NCBI GenBank assembly: GCA_023261815.1 | Contig: JALNKA010000001.1 | Location: forward strand, 128,001-192,000 | Direction of reading: 5' to 3' | Length of the DNA: 64,000 bases | DNA from: Candidatus Wolframiiraptor sinensis | GTDB lineage: Archaea > Thermoproteota > Nitrososphaeria_A > Caldarchaeales > Wolframiiraptoraceae | Part shown: piece after piece, positions 39,030 through 49,760 of the stretch | How the letters are laid out: every line of letters starts with the position of its first letter | How positions within the stretch are numbered: the stretch's first letter is position 1 | Program-made: the position numbers and the translations under genes | The notes under the pieces: model-generated | The model's database searches: none | What the model was told of the DNA's origin: nothing | What the model saw: only the letters and a program-made list of their open reading frames with translations

Positions 39030-40004
39030 ATGAGCGAGCCCCTGATAAGATCGGTTGATCTTAAGACCTATTTCCCGGTTAGGAGAGGACTGTTCAGGAT
39101 AGCTGGATACGTTAGGGCAGTCGATGGAGTTAGCTTGGAGATTTATCCCGGCGAGACGTTAGCGTTAGTCGGCGAGAGCGGATGCGGTAAAACCACTCTG
39201 GGCAAGACGCTGCTGAGAATAATAGAGCCAACAGGAGGAAAGATCTTCTTCAAGGGGCAGGAGATTACGAGCCTAGATGATGATGAGATGAAGCGTCTCA
39301 GAAGACGCATGGCCATGATTTTCCAGGATCCATACGCGAGCATAAACCCCAGCTATAGCGTCTTCAAGGTGATAGAGGAGCCTCTGGAGATACACGATAT
39401 CGGGACGAGAGAGGAGCGAGCAGAGCTCGTCATGAAGGCATTGGATGACGTGAAGCTCACGCCGCCCGAGGAGTTTGCGAAAAAGTATCCGCATATGCTG
39501 AGCGGCGGCCAAAGACAAAGGGTCGCGATCGCCAGAGCGCTGGTTCTCAGGCCCGACTTTATAGTGGCCGACGAGCCCGTCTCAATGCTCGACGCATCCG
39601 TTAGGGTGGAGATACTTCTCCTGCTGAGGGAGCTCCAGAAGAAGCATAACATATCATACCTGTGCATAACACATGACATCGCCACCTCGAAGTACTTCTC
39701 CGAGAAGATCGCGGTGATGTATGCCGGGAGGATAGTGGAGTTCGGGGCCTCTTCAACAGTGCTGAAGGATCCACTGCACCCATATACGCGGGCTTTGATA
39801 GAAGCCATCCCGGATCCCGATCCATCGAACAGACTCAGTATTAGGAGGGTGATTAGGGGTGAGCCGCCCGACCTATCCAACCCGCCAAAAGGCTGCAGAT
39901 TTCATCCCCGATGCCCCTACGTTATGGATGTCTGCAGGCATGATGATCCAGATCTCGTCCAGATTCGATCGGGACATCATGTTGCATGCCACTTATATGA
40001 TTGA
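39030..40004 (+). CDS. dppF: Oligopeptide ABC ATPase DppF/OppF
   Basis: [34 protein letters not shown]. Confidence 0.95.
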   Translation: MSEPLIRSVDLKTYFPVRRGLFRIAGYVRAVDGVSLEIYPGETLALVGESGCGKTTLGKTLLRIIEPTGGKIFFKGQEITSLDDDEMKRLRRRMAMIFQDPYASINPSYSVFKVIEEPLEIHDIGTREERAELVMKALDDVKLTPPEEFAKKYPHMLSGGQRQRVAIARALVLRPDFIVADEPVSMLDASVRVEILLLLRELQKKHNISYLCITHDIATSKYFSEKIAVMYAGRIVEFGASSTVLKDPLHPYTRALIEAIPDPDPSNRLSIRRVIRGEPPDLSNPPKGCRFHPRCPYVMDVCRHDDPDLVQIRSGHHVACHLYD

Positions 40005-40128
40005 AAACCCATTGGAGGCTAGGAGATTTTTAACCGAGGTGAAAAGACCTCCTAAACGACACATTTCACTTTCACCTAAATAGCGTTGAAAATAATCCAT
40101 TATAAGCCTCCGAAGCAATCGTATATCC

Positions 40129-41532
40129 ATGGAGTCGTGCAAGATTCTTGCCTCATCAGTATTATTGATCTGCCTTGCTGTTCTGATGGTGGGTCAAGCT
40201 TCAGCAGCCGCTCTCTCTATACCAGTCTTTCCTCTTAGTGAGGAGATGCGCGATTTGCCGATCAGGGTTTACTGGATGGATGGAGTCTGCGCGCCGGAGC
40301 AGAGGAAGATCATCAAAGATGGCGTCAATATTGCTCTCGGCGTGCTTGCCGGCGGAGCGAGCGTGCTCGCGGGAGAGTATCCCGAGGGCTTCGCAGGCTT
40401 CGAATTCTTCAGATTCATGATGATCTCAACGGCCGAATCAGCTCAAATCATAGTGACGGATGCGAATATAGGCACGACCGGCAAGACCACCCTACTTAGC
40501 CTTGGAGGCAGAATCGTTCCCCCGGTTAGGGTGGAGCTCGGATGCGATCTAGCCTCAATAGGGGTTGACGCGGTTGTGACGATCGCCTTGCACGAGCTCG
40601 GGCATGCCTTGGGCTTAGGCCACGCGGACTTCGAGGAATACAATGGAGTGAAGGAGCTCATGTATCCCGTGGCGCGGCAGTTCATGTACCCATCAACACT
40701 AGACCTCTACGCGATTTACCTGCTAGTGATTAAGGGATATAGCGGCTCATCCATAAGCCTGCCTGAATGGCTGCCATACGCGCAGGTATCGCCGCAGAGC
40801 CTCGTGTATCCCGAGATAGCTAAGGAGAGGGTGGCCGAGGAGGAAGCTGTTGCTGTCGCGGAGCTGGAGAAAAGGCTCAACGAGCTATCGAATAAGCTAT
40901 CCTCGCTCGAGAATAAGGTGATTAGTCTCGAAGACGACATACAGGTAATCGAGAGGAGGATTGGTGAGCTTGAGGAAAGGGTGGGCGCTCTGGAGAACAG
41001 CACGCTCGATTTGATAAGGTGGGCGAATGAGACGGAAGCCGCCTTGGAGATGTGCTTCAAAGATCTCAGCCGCTTAAACGAGTCGATTTTGCAGCTCTCG
41101 GAGGCGCTAACCGGCCAATCGAGATATTTTGATGAGAAGATCACCGAGCTTATCATGAGCTTGGAGAATCTCAGGGGCAGCTTGAATGAGGCTCACGCGA
41201 AATGGTCCGAGAACTTCAAGACCATCACGGAGAGACAAAATGCTCTGGAGGAGAAGTTGAGGAGCCAGGAGGAACGCATCCAAGTATTATATGAAAGATC
41301 GAGGCAGATGAGCAGCAGGATGGAAGAGCTGAGGCTGAGAATATCGGAGCTTGAGGAATCTCTTGAAGAGCGAGATCTGCAAATAGCTCGGCTTCAGAGC
41401 TTCGGCATGATCCTATCGATAATGCTGGCCGCGACATTAGCCATCGCGATAGCAGGCCTGATCCAAGCGTCAAGGGCTAGGAAGATCGGCATTGCGGGCG
41501 GCTCGGGAAATGATCAGCAGGGCGTGACGTGA
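40129..41532 (+). CDS. Secreted metzincin (matrixin/M10-like) protease with coiled-coil stalk and C-terminal TM anchor
   Basis: Signal peptide, HELGHALGLGH, Met-turn ELMYP, long heptad repeats, TM helix. Confidence 0.88.
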   Translation: MESCKILASSVLLICLAVLMVGQASAAALSIPVFPLSEEMRDLPIRVYWMDGVCAPEQRKIIKDGVNIALGVLAGGASVLAGEYPEGFAGFEFFRFMMISTAESAQIIVTDANIGTTGKTTLLSLGGRIVPPVRVELGCDLASIGVDAVVTIALHELGHALGLGHADFEEYNGVKELMYPVARQFMYPSTLDLYAIYLLVIKGYSGSSISLPEWLPYAQVSPQSLVYPEIAKERVAEEEAVAVAELEKRLNELSNKLSSLENKVISLEDDIQVIERRIGELEERVGALENSTLDLIRWANETEAALEMCFKDLSRLNESILQLSEALTGQSRYFDEKITELIMSLENLRGSLNEAHAKWSENFKTITERQNALEEKLRSQEERIQVLYERSRQMSSRMEELRLRISELEESLEERDLQIARLQSFGMILSIMLAATLAIAIAGLIQASRARKIGIAGGSGNDQQGVT

Positions 41533-41605
41533 GGCTCAGCTCCATCCTTCCAAGCTCCTCGGCGATTTCCTTATATACTGTGGGAGAGGCTTGTTTGGCG
41601 AGCTC

Positions 41606-42517
41606 ATGCCAAATTTTCGCATTAGGCTTGGATCGGCGTTGATGATCGTGATCGTTGCTGTCATCGTGCTTCTTTACCTGATGCTGCCGTATGTTAGAGA
41701 GGCATATCCTTCATCAACTACCACGACTTCCACCGAGGCATCTACAGCGCCAACCACGACCACGCCATTGATGAACCCACAAACCCTAAGCATCGAGCTC
41801 GATATATCGGATAAGGAGGGCGTGAGAGATTTCGGGGAGATCGCGGTAATCGAGGTGGATGAGCCGGATGCGCTAAGATTCAAGCTGATCAACTGGAGCG
41901 CGGAAGGCTTGCGGGCTCTCTCCTTGAACGGGAGAGTGGATCTTGTGTCAGAGGGCACGAGCTACAAAGTCGATATGCCCTGCATGCTCTACTTCAATGC
42001 TTCATGTGCTAGGATCATGCTCCTCATACCGGGCTATGATGGGCCATTGAGAATAGAGCCCGGAAGATACTCGGTGAGGCTGGAAATGCGCTGGAGTAAC
42101 GCTGAAGGCTCCGGAAAAGTAAAACTACACATCTCCACGAGAGCGTATAAGGCGTCCATAATAGATCTCGGATACAGGATTCCCGAAGACACGGCATCAT
42201 GGGTTATGGCGGAGGGATCCACAAGGTCCCATGCCCTGCTCATCAACAGAGTGGAAGCCGCCGCCGAAGATTCGGGGTACGGCGAGTTCACGGCCTATCT
42301 ATGGGTTTTCGCGCCCGTTGAAGAGGAAGCAGTCAAGGCCTTCAAATTCGAGATAAAATCACTTGAGACCGGAAAGGTGGAGCATCATCTTGAGATACCA
42401 GTTGAGAAGAGGAATGCCACCTACCGCGTAATGCTTCTGATCAAAGCAGCTCCCGGAGAATATCGCCTCAGCATACTCCAGCCCATCAACCTCTCAGTAG
42501 ATCTCAGAGTCAAGTGA
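41606..42517 (+). CDS. Membrane-anchored surface protein with Thr/Ser-rich linker
   Basis: N-terminal TM segment, SSTTTTSTEASTAPTTTTP, beta-rich domains. Confidence 0.7.
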   Translation: MPNFRIRLGSALMIVIVAVIVLLYLMLPYVREAYPSSTTTTSTEASTAPTTTTPLMNPQTLSIELDISDKEGVRDFGEIAVIEVDEPDALRFKLINWSAEGLRALSLNGRVDLVSEGTSYKVDMPCMLYFNASCARIMLLIPGYDGPLRIEPGRYSVRLEMRWSNAEGSGKVKLHISTRAYKASIIDLGYRIPEDTASWVMAEGSTRSHALLINRVEAAAEDSGYGEFTAYLWVFAPVEEEAVKAFKFEIKSLETGKVEHHLEIPVEKRNATYRVMLLIKAAPGEYRLSILQPINLSVDLRVK

Positions 42518-42573
42518 TTAGGATGAGCATGCTAGGCGGCGGATATGCGTCGCGTCCTCGAATACGCTTTTCG

Positions 42574-43365
42574 TCAGATTCCCTTGAGTTCTCCTAAGAT
42601 TATCTCGGCGATTCTTTTGCCGCTGAGCAGCATGCCGCCGAATATCGGCCCCATTCTCGGGAGCCCGTATACGCTCGCAACCGCCATCCCGGTTACATAG
42701 AGCCCTGGCGCAACCCTCCCAGCATACTCCGAGACGAGCTTCTCCGAGAGATCAGCGTAGGCCGATCTCTCGCCCCTGATCGCCACCCCGAGCTCGGGTA
42801 TCTTCCTGCACGCGATGGATACCACCTCCGCGCCGTGCCCGGTCGCGTCTACAACCGCCTTAGCCTCCGTGAAGAGCGGATCGACGTGATAGCCTCCCTC
42901 GTGAACGGGCGTCCAGACCCATACAACGCCGCACACCCTTAATGGATCCACTCTGTAGATGAGGTCTTGGACATGCGCTCCGAGCAGCACGCTCGCGCCC
43001 GCGTCAACAGCCTTCGCGGCCAGCTTCGCGATTATCTCCGGCGGGCTCGCGACATAGAGCCCATAATCTGTTGCGGAGTATCTTATGCCGAATTCCTCCA
43101 ATAGCGGTAAAACATCCTTCTGGAATGCTGCCTTGGGTAGCAGGTTTCCACCAGGGCCTGTCCCGCCGCCGAGGCTAAACCTCCTCTCGAGAATCAGCAC
43201 CTTGAAGCCTCCTTTCGCGAGATAGTATGCCGCCGTTAATCCCGACGGCCCGGCCCCAACGATGGCGACGTCAACCTCGCTGAGCTCCTTCAGCTCCCTG
43301 AGAGCGTGCTCGACGATAGCCCTAGTAATATTCGCCTCCCTGATCACGGCTTCAAATCTCCGCAT
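42574..43365 (-). CDS. thi4: Thiazole synthase Thi4, sulfide-dependent (His-type)
   Basis: GAGPSGL, GGG, HVDP, DATGH, RMGPIFGGMLLSG. Confidence 0.95.
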   Translation of the reverse strand: MRRFEAVIREANITRAIVEHALRELKELSEVDVAIVGAGPSGLTAAYYLAKGGFKVLILERRFSLGGGTGPGGNLLPKAAFQKDVLPLLEEFGIRYSATDYGLYVASPPEIIAKLAAKAVDAGASVLLGAHVQDLIYRVDPLRVCGVVWVWTPVHEGGYHVDPLFTEAKAVVDATGHGAEVVSIACRKIPELGVAIRGERSAYADLSEKLVSEYAGRVAPGLYVTGMAVASVYGLPRMGPIFGGMLLSGKRIAEIILGELKGI

Positions 43366-43493
43366 CCGAGAATATCAAGTTAAATCAAGGAGACGTGAGA
43401 AGATTCTCTCAAGAATTCGGTAAATCCTCTTCGGGGAAAGCGAGGTGCTCGCGCCGACAAAGTTTATATAAGGGACCCCAACACGCTTAACGC

Positions 43494-43599
43494 GGTGCAG
43501 GAGCTTGCCGGGTGATCGCGTTCACCTCGCCTAATGAGACTCTTTCCTCATCTAGGAAACACGCTTCAAGCCTTTTCCCGGGAGCTCCCCCGAGCATCC
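43494..43599 (+). ncRNA. Candidate structured 5' leader RNA of the his operon
   Basis: Follows TTTATATA at 43463. A 12-bp stem (43500-43512 with 43577-43588) encloses further hairpins. Confidence 0.4.
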
Positions 43600-43629
43600 T
43601 AATTGAACTCCTGTTGAATGGTGATGCGC

Positions 43630-44637
43630 ATGGCCAAGATTAGTTTTGCTCTTCCGAAGGGCCACCTCTTCGATGGAGCGATCAAGCTCCTAGAGCAGGC
43701 TGGCTACGCGATCTCTGACGCCGAGAAGTCCTATAGGCCGATGATAAATGATCCGAGGATTGAGCTGAAGATCCTTAGGCCGCAGGAGATACCGATGTTC
43801 GTGGCGGATGGATTGCATGATATAGGAATAACTGGGCTCGACTGGATCAGGGAGACGCGCGCTGACGTGGAGGTTCTCCTGAACCTCGAGTACGGAGCGG
43901 TCAAGCTCGTTCTAGCGATCCCAAAGTCGTGGACGGGCGTGAATGATCTCTCAAGCCTCCTCGAAAAATTCCACCAAGAGAATAGAGTCCTGAGAATCTC
44001 CACTGAGTACCTGAACATCTCGGCCGAGTGCATCATGAGCAACAATGTCTATAGGGAGCTCTACGGCTCAAAGGAGCCGCTGATCATTACGCCGTGGTGG
44101 AGGAAAGGCGAGAATAGCAGGGTCGTGTTATACCTGTCCTTTGGTGCGACGGAGGCTAAGCCTCCCAAGGAGGCTGACGCGATAATCGACGTCATGCAGA
44201 CGGGTGAAACGCTCGAGCGGAATAACCTCAAGCCGATTGAGGTTTTGATGGAGTCATCCGCGATTCTGATAGCGAACAGGAGCTCCCTAAAAGACCCGGA
44301 AAAGCGCGAGAAGATCTACGATATCCTGATGCTGCTCAAAGGGGTGATAGATGGGAGAAGGAAGCTGCACATTTTCGTTAACGTGCACAAGGATAATCTC
44401 CCGGCCTTACTGGAGAATTTGCCGGCCCTCAAAAGGCCCACGATCTCGCCGCTGGCCGACGAAAACTGGTACTCGGTGAATACCGTGATAGATAGAGACC
44501 AGTTCCTGGAGATTCTCCCGGTGTTGAGGAAGCTAACGCAGGGATTAGTCATTTACGAGCCGAGGCAAGTTCTCCTCATTGAGGAGATGATGGGCAATAG
44601 GATGTCGAGGAGGGATGAAGATTGTCGTCGCCAATAG
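43630..44637 (+). CDS. hisG: ATP phosphoribosyltransferase (long form)
   Basis: ALPKG, LRPQEIP, DIGITG, GATE, TGETL, PTISPL. Confidence 0.96.
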   Translation: MAKISFALPKGHLFDGAIKLLEQAGYAISDAEKSYRPMINDPRIELKILRPQEIPMFVADGLHDIGITGLDWIRETRADVEVLLNLEYGAVKLVLAIPKSWTGVNDLSSLLEKFHQENRVLRISTEYLNISAECIMSNNVYRELYGSKEPLIITPWWRKGENSRVVLYLSFGATEAKPPKEADAIIDVMQTGETLERNNLKPIEVLMESSAILIANRSSLKDPEKREKIYDILMLLKGVIDGRRKLHIFVNVHKDNLPALLENLPALKRPTISPLADENWYSVNTVIDRDQFLEILPVLRKLTQGLVIYEPRQVLLIEEMMGNRMSRRDEDCRRQ

Positions 44638-44693
44638 GCGCGGTGAAGCCGAGCAGTATGCGAAAGTTATTGAAGAACTTCTGATGATGCGCC

Positions 44694-45299
44694 ATGATGA
44701 TAGCTATACTAGATCTCGGGATAGGAAATCTATTCAGCATTAAACGCTCCTTCGAGAGGATCGGCCGCGAGGCGAAGATATGCGCGGGCATCAGCGAGTT
44801 GAGGAGATCAGATGCGCTGGTGCTCCCGGGGGTTGGCAACTTCTCTTGGAGCCTGCGAAAGCTCGAGAGCATCAGAGGAGCTATAAGCGAGCTCATCCTC
44901 GACGACCATGTTCCCGTCCTCGGGATATGCCTCGGAATGCAGCTGCTCTTTTCCGCCAGCGAGGAGGGGCCTGGAGATGGGCTAAACGCGATCCCCGGAA
45001 TCGTGAAAAGGTTTCCAAGAAATCTTAGGGTGCCGCACATGGGATGGAATAACCTGATAATTGTCGGATGGTCGCCGATAATGGATGGGATAACTGAGCG
45101 AGACTACTTCTACTTCGCGCACAGCTATTATGCCGCGCCGGAGGATGAGAGAGTGGTCGTGGCGAAAACGGAATACGGCGTAATATTCCCATCGATAATC
45201 TCGAGCGGGAACATCTTTGGAGTGCAGTTCCATCCGGAGAAGTCTTGGAAGCCCGGCGAGCGGATAATAAGAAACTTCGTGAAAATAATTAGGCGATGA
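44694..45299 (+). CDS. hisH: Imidazole glycerol phosphate synthase glutaminase subunit
   Basis: LPGVG, GICLGMQ, PHMGWN, QFHPEKS. Confidence 0.97.
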   Translation: MMIAILDLGIGNLFSIKRSFERIGREAKICAGISELRRSDALVLPGVGNFSWSLRKLESIRGAISELILDDHVPVLGICLGMQLLFSASEEGPGDGLNAIPGIVKRFPRNLRVPHMGWNNLIIVGWSPIMDGITERDYFYFAHSYYAAPEDERVVVAKTEYGVIFPSIISSGNIFGVQFHPEKSWKPGERIIRNFVKIIRR

Positions 45300-45314
45300 C
45301 GTTGGTGGCTCACC

Positions 45315-46028
45315 TTGCTCGTAATCCCATCGATAGACTTGATGGATGGCAAGGTTGTCAGGCTCCTGAGGGGCGATCCAAGGCAGGCGAGGTTTTACGA
45401 TAACATCGGCGATCCGGTAACAATCGCCAAGACGTGGGAATCAATGGGTGCGCAACTTATTCATGTCGTCGACCTAGATGCGGCCCTCGGGAGAGGCGAC
45501 AATGTGCGGATCATGAGGGAGATCATCAGCGCGGTGAAGATTCCGATACAGGTTGGCGGCGGGATAAGAAGCATTGAGCGGGCGCGTCAATTAATCAGCC
45601 TCGGAGCGGGCCGGATCGTGATAGGCTCGCTGGCCTTCAAGGACGTGAACGCTCTTGAAGCTCTCCTGGATGAGGTTGGCCCCGAGAGAATAGTCGTCGC
45701 GCTAGATCACTCGATGGGGATTGTGGTGATTGATGGTTGGAGGGAGAATACGGGAATGAGGCTTCGAGAAGCCGCTAAAATGTTCATCGACATGGGCGTG
45801 AGCTTTCTCCTAATAACATCGATCCAGAGAGATGGCTCCCTAACAGGGCCCGATATCGAGAATCTGCGCAAGGTTCTCGACCTAAACGCGAGGGTAATGG
45901 CATCCGGAGGCATAAGATGCCTAGAAGACATCATGGCCCTAAAGGAGCTCGGGGTATACGGCGTTATCGTGGGGCGCGCGCTATACGAGGGCCGCCTCGA
46001 TTTAAGAGAAGCTTTAAGAATCGCGTGA
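45315..46028 (+). CDS. hisA: ProFAR isomerase
   Basis: IPSIDL, HVVDLD, QVGGGIR, ASGGI. Confidence 0.96.
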   Translation: MLVIPSIDLMDGKVVRLLRGDPRQARFYDNIGDPVTIAKTWESMGAQLIHVVDLDAALGRGDNVRIMREIISAVKIPIQVGGGIRSIERARQLISLGAGRIVIGSLAFKDVNALEALLDEVGPERIVVALDHSMGIVVIDGWRENTGMRLREAAKMFIDMGVSFLLITSIQRDGSLTGPDIENLRKVLDLNARVMASGGIRCLEDIMALKELGVYGVIVGRALYEGRLDLREALRIA

Positions 46029-46054
46029 GACGCCGTGCCTACGGTGCTGCATAA

Positions 46055-46858
46055 ATGCCATTAGTCAAGCGCATAATACCATGCTTAGACGTGGATCACG
46101 GAAGAGTCGTTAAAGGCATAAACTTCATTGGATTGAGGGATGCCGGAGATCCCGTCGAGCTTGCCAGGAGATATTGCGATGACGGAGCGGATGAGCTGGT
46201 CTTCTTGGACATAACGGCGTCGGCTGAGAAGAGGCGCATATTGAGAGATGTTGTCAAGGCGGTCGCATCGGAGATAGATATACCGTTCACTGTGGGCGGC
46301 GGGATAAGGAGCATAGAGGACGCTAGCATGGTCCTATCCAGTGGAGCCGACAAAATCTCGGTAAACACGGCGGCAGTGGAGAGGCCCGAGCTCATAAGCG
46401 AGCTGGCAAAAGCATTCGGATCACAATGCGTTGTCCTAGCAATAGATGCTAAGAGGAGATATGAGCGGAGAGATGATAGGATCGTAGTGGAGACGCCGGA
46501 GGGCCCATGCTGGTTCGAGGTCTACATCTATGGGGGCAGAAAGCCAACCGGCTTGGACGCGATTGAATGGGCCGTCAGGGGAGAAGAGCTCGGAGCCGGC
46601 GAGATACTCCTAACATCAATGGATAGAGATGGAACGGAGCTGGGATACGATATCGAGCTGACCAAGAGCATCTCTGAGCGCGTGAGCATACCAGTAATAG
46701 CGAGCGGCGGCGCCGGAAAGCCCGAGCACTTTCTAGAAGTTTTCATAGACGGTAAAGCGGATGCAGCCTTAGCAGCATCAGTCTTCCACTACAGCAAATA
46801 CCCTGTACCCGTCATCAAGAAGTTCCTCGGCGAGAGGGGGGTTCCCGTAAGGCTATGA
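46055..46858 (+). CDS. hisF: Imidazole glycerol phosphate synthase cyclase subunit
   Basis: [29 protein letters not shown]. Confidence 0.97.
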   Translation: MPLVKRIIPCLDVDHGRVVKGINFIGLRDAGDPVELARRYCDDGADELVFLDITASAEKRRILRDVVKAVASEIDIPFTVGGGIRSIEDASMVLSSGADKISVNTAAVERPELISELAKAFGSQCVVLAIDAKRRYERRDDRIVVETPEGPCWFEVYIYGGRKPTGLDAIEWAVRGEELGAGEILLTSMDRDGTELGYDIELTKSISERVSIPVIASGGAGKPEHFLEVFIDGKADAALAASVFHYSKYPVPVIKKFLGERGVPVRL

Positions 46859-47241
46859 GAAGCCGGAGAGCCGTGAGAATCGATGAGCTGAATTTTGAGA
46901 AATGCGGAGGCATACTCCCAGTAGTAGTCCAGGAGCATGGAACCGGGAGGGTGCTGACGCTGGCCTACGCGAATAAGGAGGCGATTCAGAAAACCGTTGA
47001 AACAGGTTACGCCCACTATTACAGGCGCTCCCATGGAAGAGTCATGATGAAGGGCGAGACGTCCGGAAACATCCAGGAAGTGGTCGACATTCTCGTCGAC
47101 TGCGATCTGGACGCAATACTATACATCGTCAAGCCGAAAGGCCCAGCATGCCACCTCGGAGAAAACACGTGCTTCCATAACAGATTAAAGGAATGGAAAA
47201 CAATCAATACAAAAGATTGTGGGGAAAGCCATCAACTATAG
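46855..47241 (+). CDS. hisI: Phosphoribosyl-AMP cyclohydrolase
   Basis: KGETSGN, DCDLD, ACHLG, CF. Confidence 0.95.
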   Translation: MRSRRAVRIDELNFEKCGGILPVVVQEHGTGRVLTLAYANKEAIQKTVETGYAHYYRRSHGRVMMKGETSGNIQEVVDILVDCDLDAILYIVKPKGPACHLGENTCFHNRLKEWKTINTKDCGESHQL

Positions 47242-47285
47242 CCCCGCGATTCGGGGCGCATGACATCTTCCGGAAATCCGGGAAG
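47241..47285 (+). terminator. Two tandem GC hairpins after hisI
   Basis: GCCCCG-N5-CGGGGC and CTTCCGGA/TCCGGGAAG. Confidence 0.35.
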
Positions 47286-47467
47286 CTCTCGACTAATGTG
47301 GCCCCATAAATCCAAAAATACGATAAAATTCTACGCTTAACATCGTTAAATCTAAACACAAATTAATCTGAGGGTCTTTCTTAACATGCGAATGCATAAA
47401 ATGTCTCGAGAAAAATAAGGAGTGTTTTTTAAGATTTGTTTCTAACGGTGCGTGTCTCACTGAAGAG

Positions 47468-48909
47468 TTAGTAATGGATTTTTATGTGCTTCGGCTCCAT
47501 GTATTGCATCAAACCACTTCTCCCAAGGTCATGACCTAATCCGCTTTCTTTTCGAGCAGGATATGGGGCCTCGACGGAGGTGACGTCAACGTTGTTGATT
47601 CCTATGCTTCCAAACTCGAGTCTGCGAGCGGCTTCTTTCGCGGTCCTAAGGCTGGTGGTGTAAACATAAGCGACGAGCCCGTACTCCGTCTGATTGGCCC
47701 ATTCTACAGCTTGTTCGAATGATTCGAAGGCCATCACGCCGACAACCGGGCCGAAGGTCTCCTCTCTCATGACTTTCATGTCATGGGTTACATTGGCGAG
47801 TATTGTGGGCTCATACCAATAGCCTTTACGGAATAGCTCGCCCTCAGGTCTTTTACCGCCATAAAGCACCTTGGCCCCCTTGCTAATGGCATCATTAACG
47901 TGCTCCAATACCTTGTTTAGTACCTCTTTATTGGACATCGGGCCCAGATCGGTGTTGGGGTCAAATGGGTCGCCGATCCTGAGCTTCCTCGTTTCTTCAA
48001 CGAATTTGTCCAAGAAATCATCGTACATGCTCTTTTCCACGTAGATTCTGTTCACGGAATTACATATCTGGCCCATGTTCCTGAATGATCTTCTGACAGC
48101 TCCTCTGACGGCCAGGTCTAGGTCCGCGTCGGCGAACACGATCATCGGCGTCTGATTTCCCAGCTCAAGCGTGAGCCTCTTCAAGCCCTGAGCCGCAAGC
48201 TCATAATCCTTTTGCCTACTTCAGTTGACCCCGTGAAGGTTATCTTTCGAACGAGCGGATGAGTTACGAGAGCCTCGCCCACACTCCTCCCAGACCCGGT
48301 AACTACATTCACTATCCCCTTTGGCGCTCCTGCATCGGCCAAACATTCCACGAATTTTATCGGCGAAATGGGTGTATATGATGGGGGTTTTGCGACGATT
48401 GTGCAACCTGCGGCCAGCGCGGCTCCGACCTTCCAAGATAAGAGTTGGACGGGATAATTCCAAGGAGTTATCGAGGCGACAACACCTACGGGCTCCCAGA
48501 CTACTATGCTGTCATGTGTTTTGTCGGGTAACGGAATAACGTGCCCATAAATTCTGAAAATTTCTTCAGAGAAGTATCTGAGAGCATAAGCCGCGTTCAT
48601 CACCTCGTTAACCGCCTGCTTGAATGGCTTGCCTTGCTCCAGCGTAAGATACCTTGCTATCTCCTCAGCACGTTTCTCGACCATGTCAGCGGCTCTGCGA
48701 AGAAGACTTCTACGATCATCCAATGAGATCTCAGACCAGCCCTTGAACGCTCTATAAGCAGCTTGAACCGCTCGATCAACATCCCTTGCCCCAGCGGATG
48801 GAGCCTCGGCGAAAACTTCCTCCGTTGCGGGATTTTCAACGCTAAAATACTCGCCACTACTCGCCTCAACCCATTCCCCATCAATGTACATGAGATATTT
48901 CTCCAACAC
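47468..48909 (-). pseudogene. NAD(P)-dependent aldehyde dehydrogenase (GabD-like) split by a 1-nt frameshift near 48200
   Basis: 5' part has PWNYP and FTGSTEVG; 3' part has LELG, GQIC and EETFGP. Adding one base restores MSLAAQGLKRLTLELG. Confidence 0.9.
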
Positions 48910-49058
48910 TATTCCCCATCTTATAACACTGATATAACACGTTAATAAAGATATAAGGGGGTCAACATGCTACTGCGCCCCCATTGCCTTTAAAATGGGA
49001 AATGCTAAGCCGAGGCTGAACTAACTAGCGGGGATAGGCATGTTCTTCGACCATTTTA

Positions 49059-49089
49059 TGTAATACTTATTAGATAGCAGCGTATTACA
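49059..49089. promoter_or_regulatory. Inverted repeat TGTAATAC-N15-GTATTACA, likely antitoxin operator
   Basis: Perfect 8-bp inverted repeat spanning the vapB promoter. Confidence 0.7.
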
Positions 49090-49095
49090 AACCAT

Positions 49096-49371
49096 GTGAG
49101 CGTTGTAAGTTTTCGCGTCGATAAGCGGCTTAAAGCTAGAATGGATAGACTTCGGCACATAAACTGGAGCGAGCTATTGAGGAGGTACGTCGAGTCCGTC
49201 GTGGAGCAGGAGGAGCGGAAGTTAAGGTCCGCTAAAGACCCCTTAGCCATTAAGCGCGCAGTCGAGGAGATGGATAGGCTGGCAAAGATCTCCGAGGGAT
49301 CCGGCTGGATAGCCGAGGAAGAGGTGATCAGATGGAGGAGGAGAAGATTCTCGTACTCGACGCAAGCGTAG
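49096..49371 (+). CDS. vapB: RHH antitoxin (VapB-like)
   Basis: VVSFRVD...INWSELLR; overlaps the PIN gene. Confidence 0.85.
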   Translation: MSVVSFRVDKRLKARMDRLRHINWSELLRRYVESVVEQEERKLRSAKDPLAIKRAVEEMDRLAKISEGSGWIAEEEVIRWRRRRFSYSTQA

Positions 49372-49760
49372 CGGTGAAATGGTTTAATGTCGAGCCACTA
49401 CGCGAGAAAGCCCTAATCATAAGAGATAGATATGTTAATGGCGAGATAGAGCTCATAGCACCAGACCTCTTATACTATGAAGTGGCAAACGCTCTCAGAT
49501 ACAATCCCAGATTTGGCATAGAAGAGGTGAAGTCCGCGCTCAAAGCCCTAGAAGATCTGAGCATAATAACGTATGATTTCGAGGGAGAGCTGCGGGAAAA
49601 AGCAGTGGAGCTAGCATATAGATTCGGAATAACAATCTACGATGCAGCATACGTCGCCCTGGCGGTGATACGGGATGCATCCCTGTACACGGCCAATAAA
49701 GAAGTCGCAGCGAAGGCTCAATTAACAAATGTAAAATATCTATCCGAAATAGCCCCATAA
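49332..49760 (+). CDS. vapC: PIN-domain toxin VapC
   Basis: VLDASVAVKW, EVANAL, YDAAYVALA, YTAN. Confidence 0.92.
   Translation: MEEEKILVLDASVAVKWFNVEPLREKALIIRDRYVNGEIELIAPDLLYYEVANALRYNPRFGIEEVKSALKALEDLSIITYDFEGELREKAVELAYRFGITIYDAAYVALAVIRDASLYTANKEVAAKAQLTNVKYLSEIAP

Noticed and set aside
41710-41765. ACC/ACG-rich repeat-like tract
   Set aside because: It simply encodes a Thr-rich linker.
43366-43460. TPP riboswitch upstream of thi4
   Set aside because: Small hairpins exist, but the conserved CUGAGA/ACCUG core and its arrangement are not present.
43534-43602. Classical His-rich attenuator peptide
   Set aside because: Only one His codon and no U-tailed terminator hairpin.
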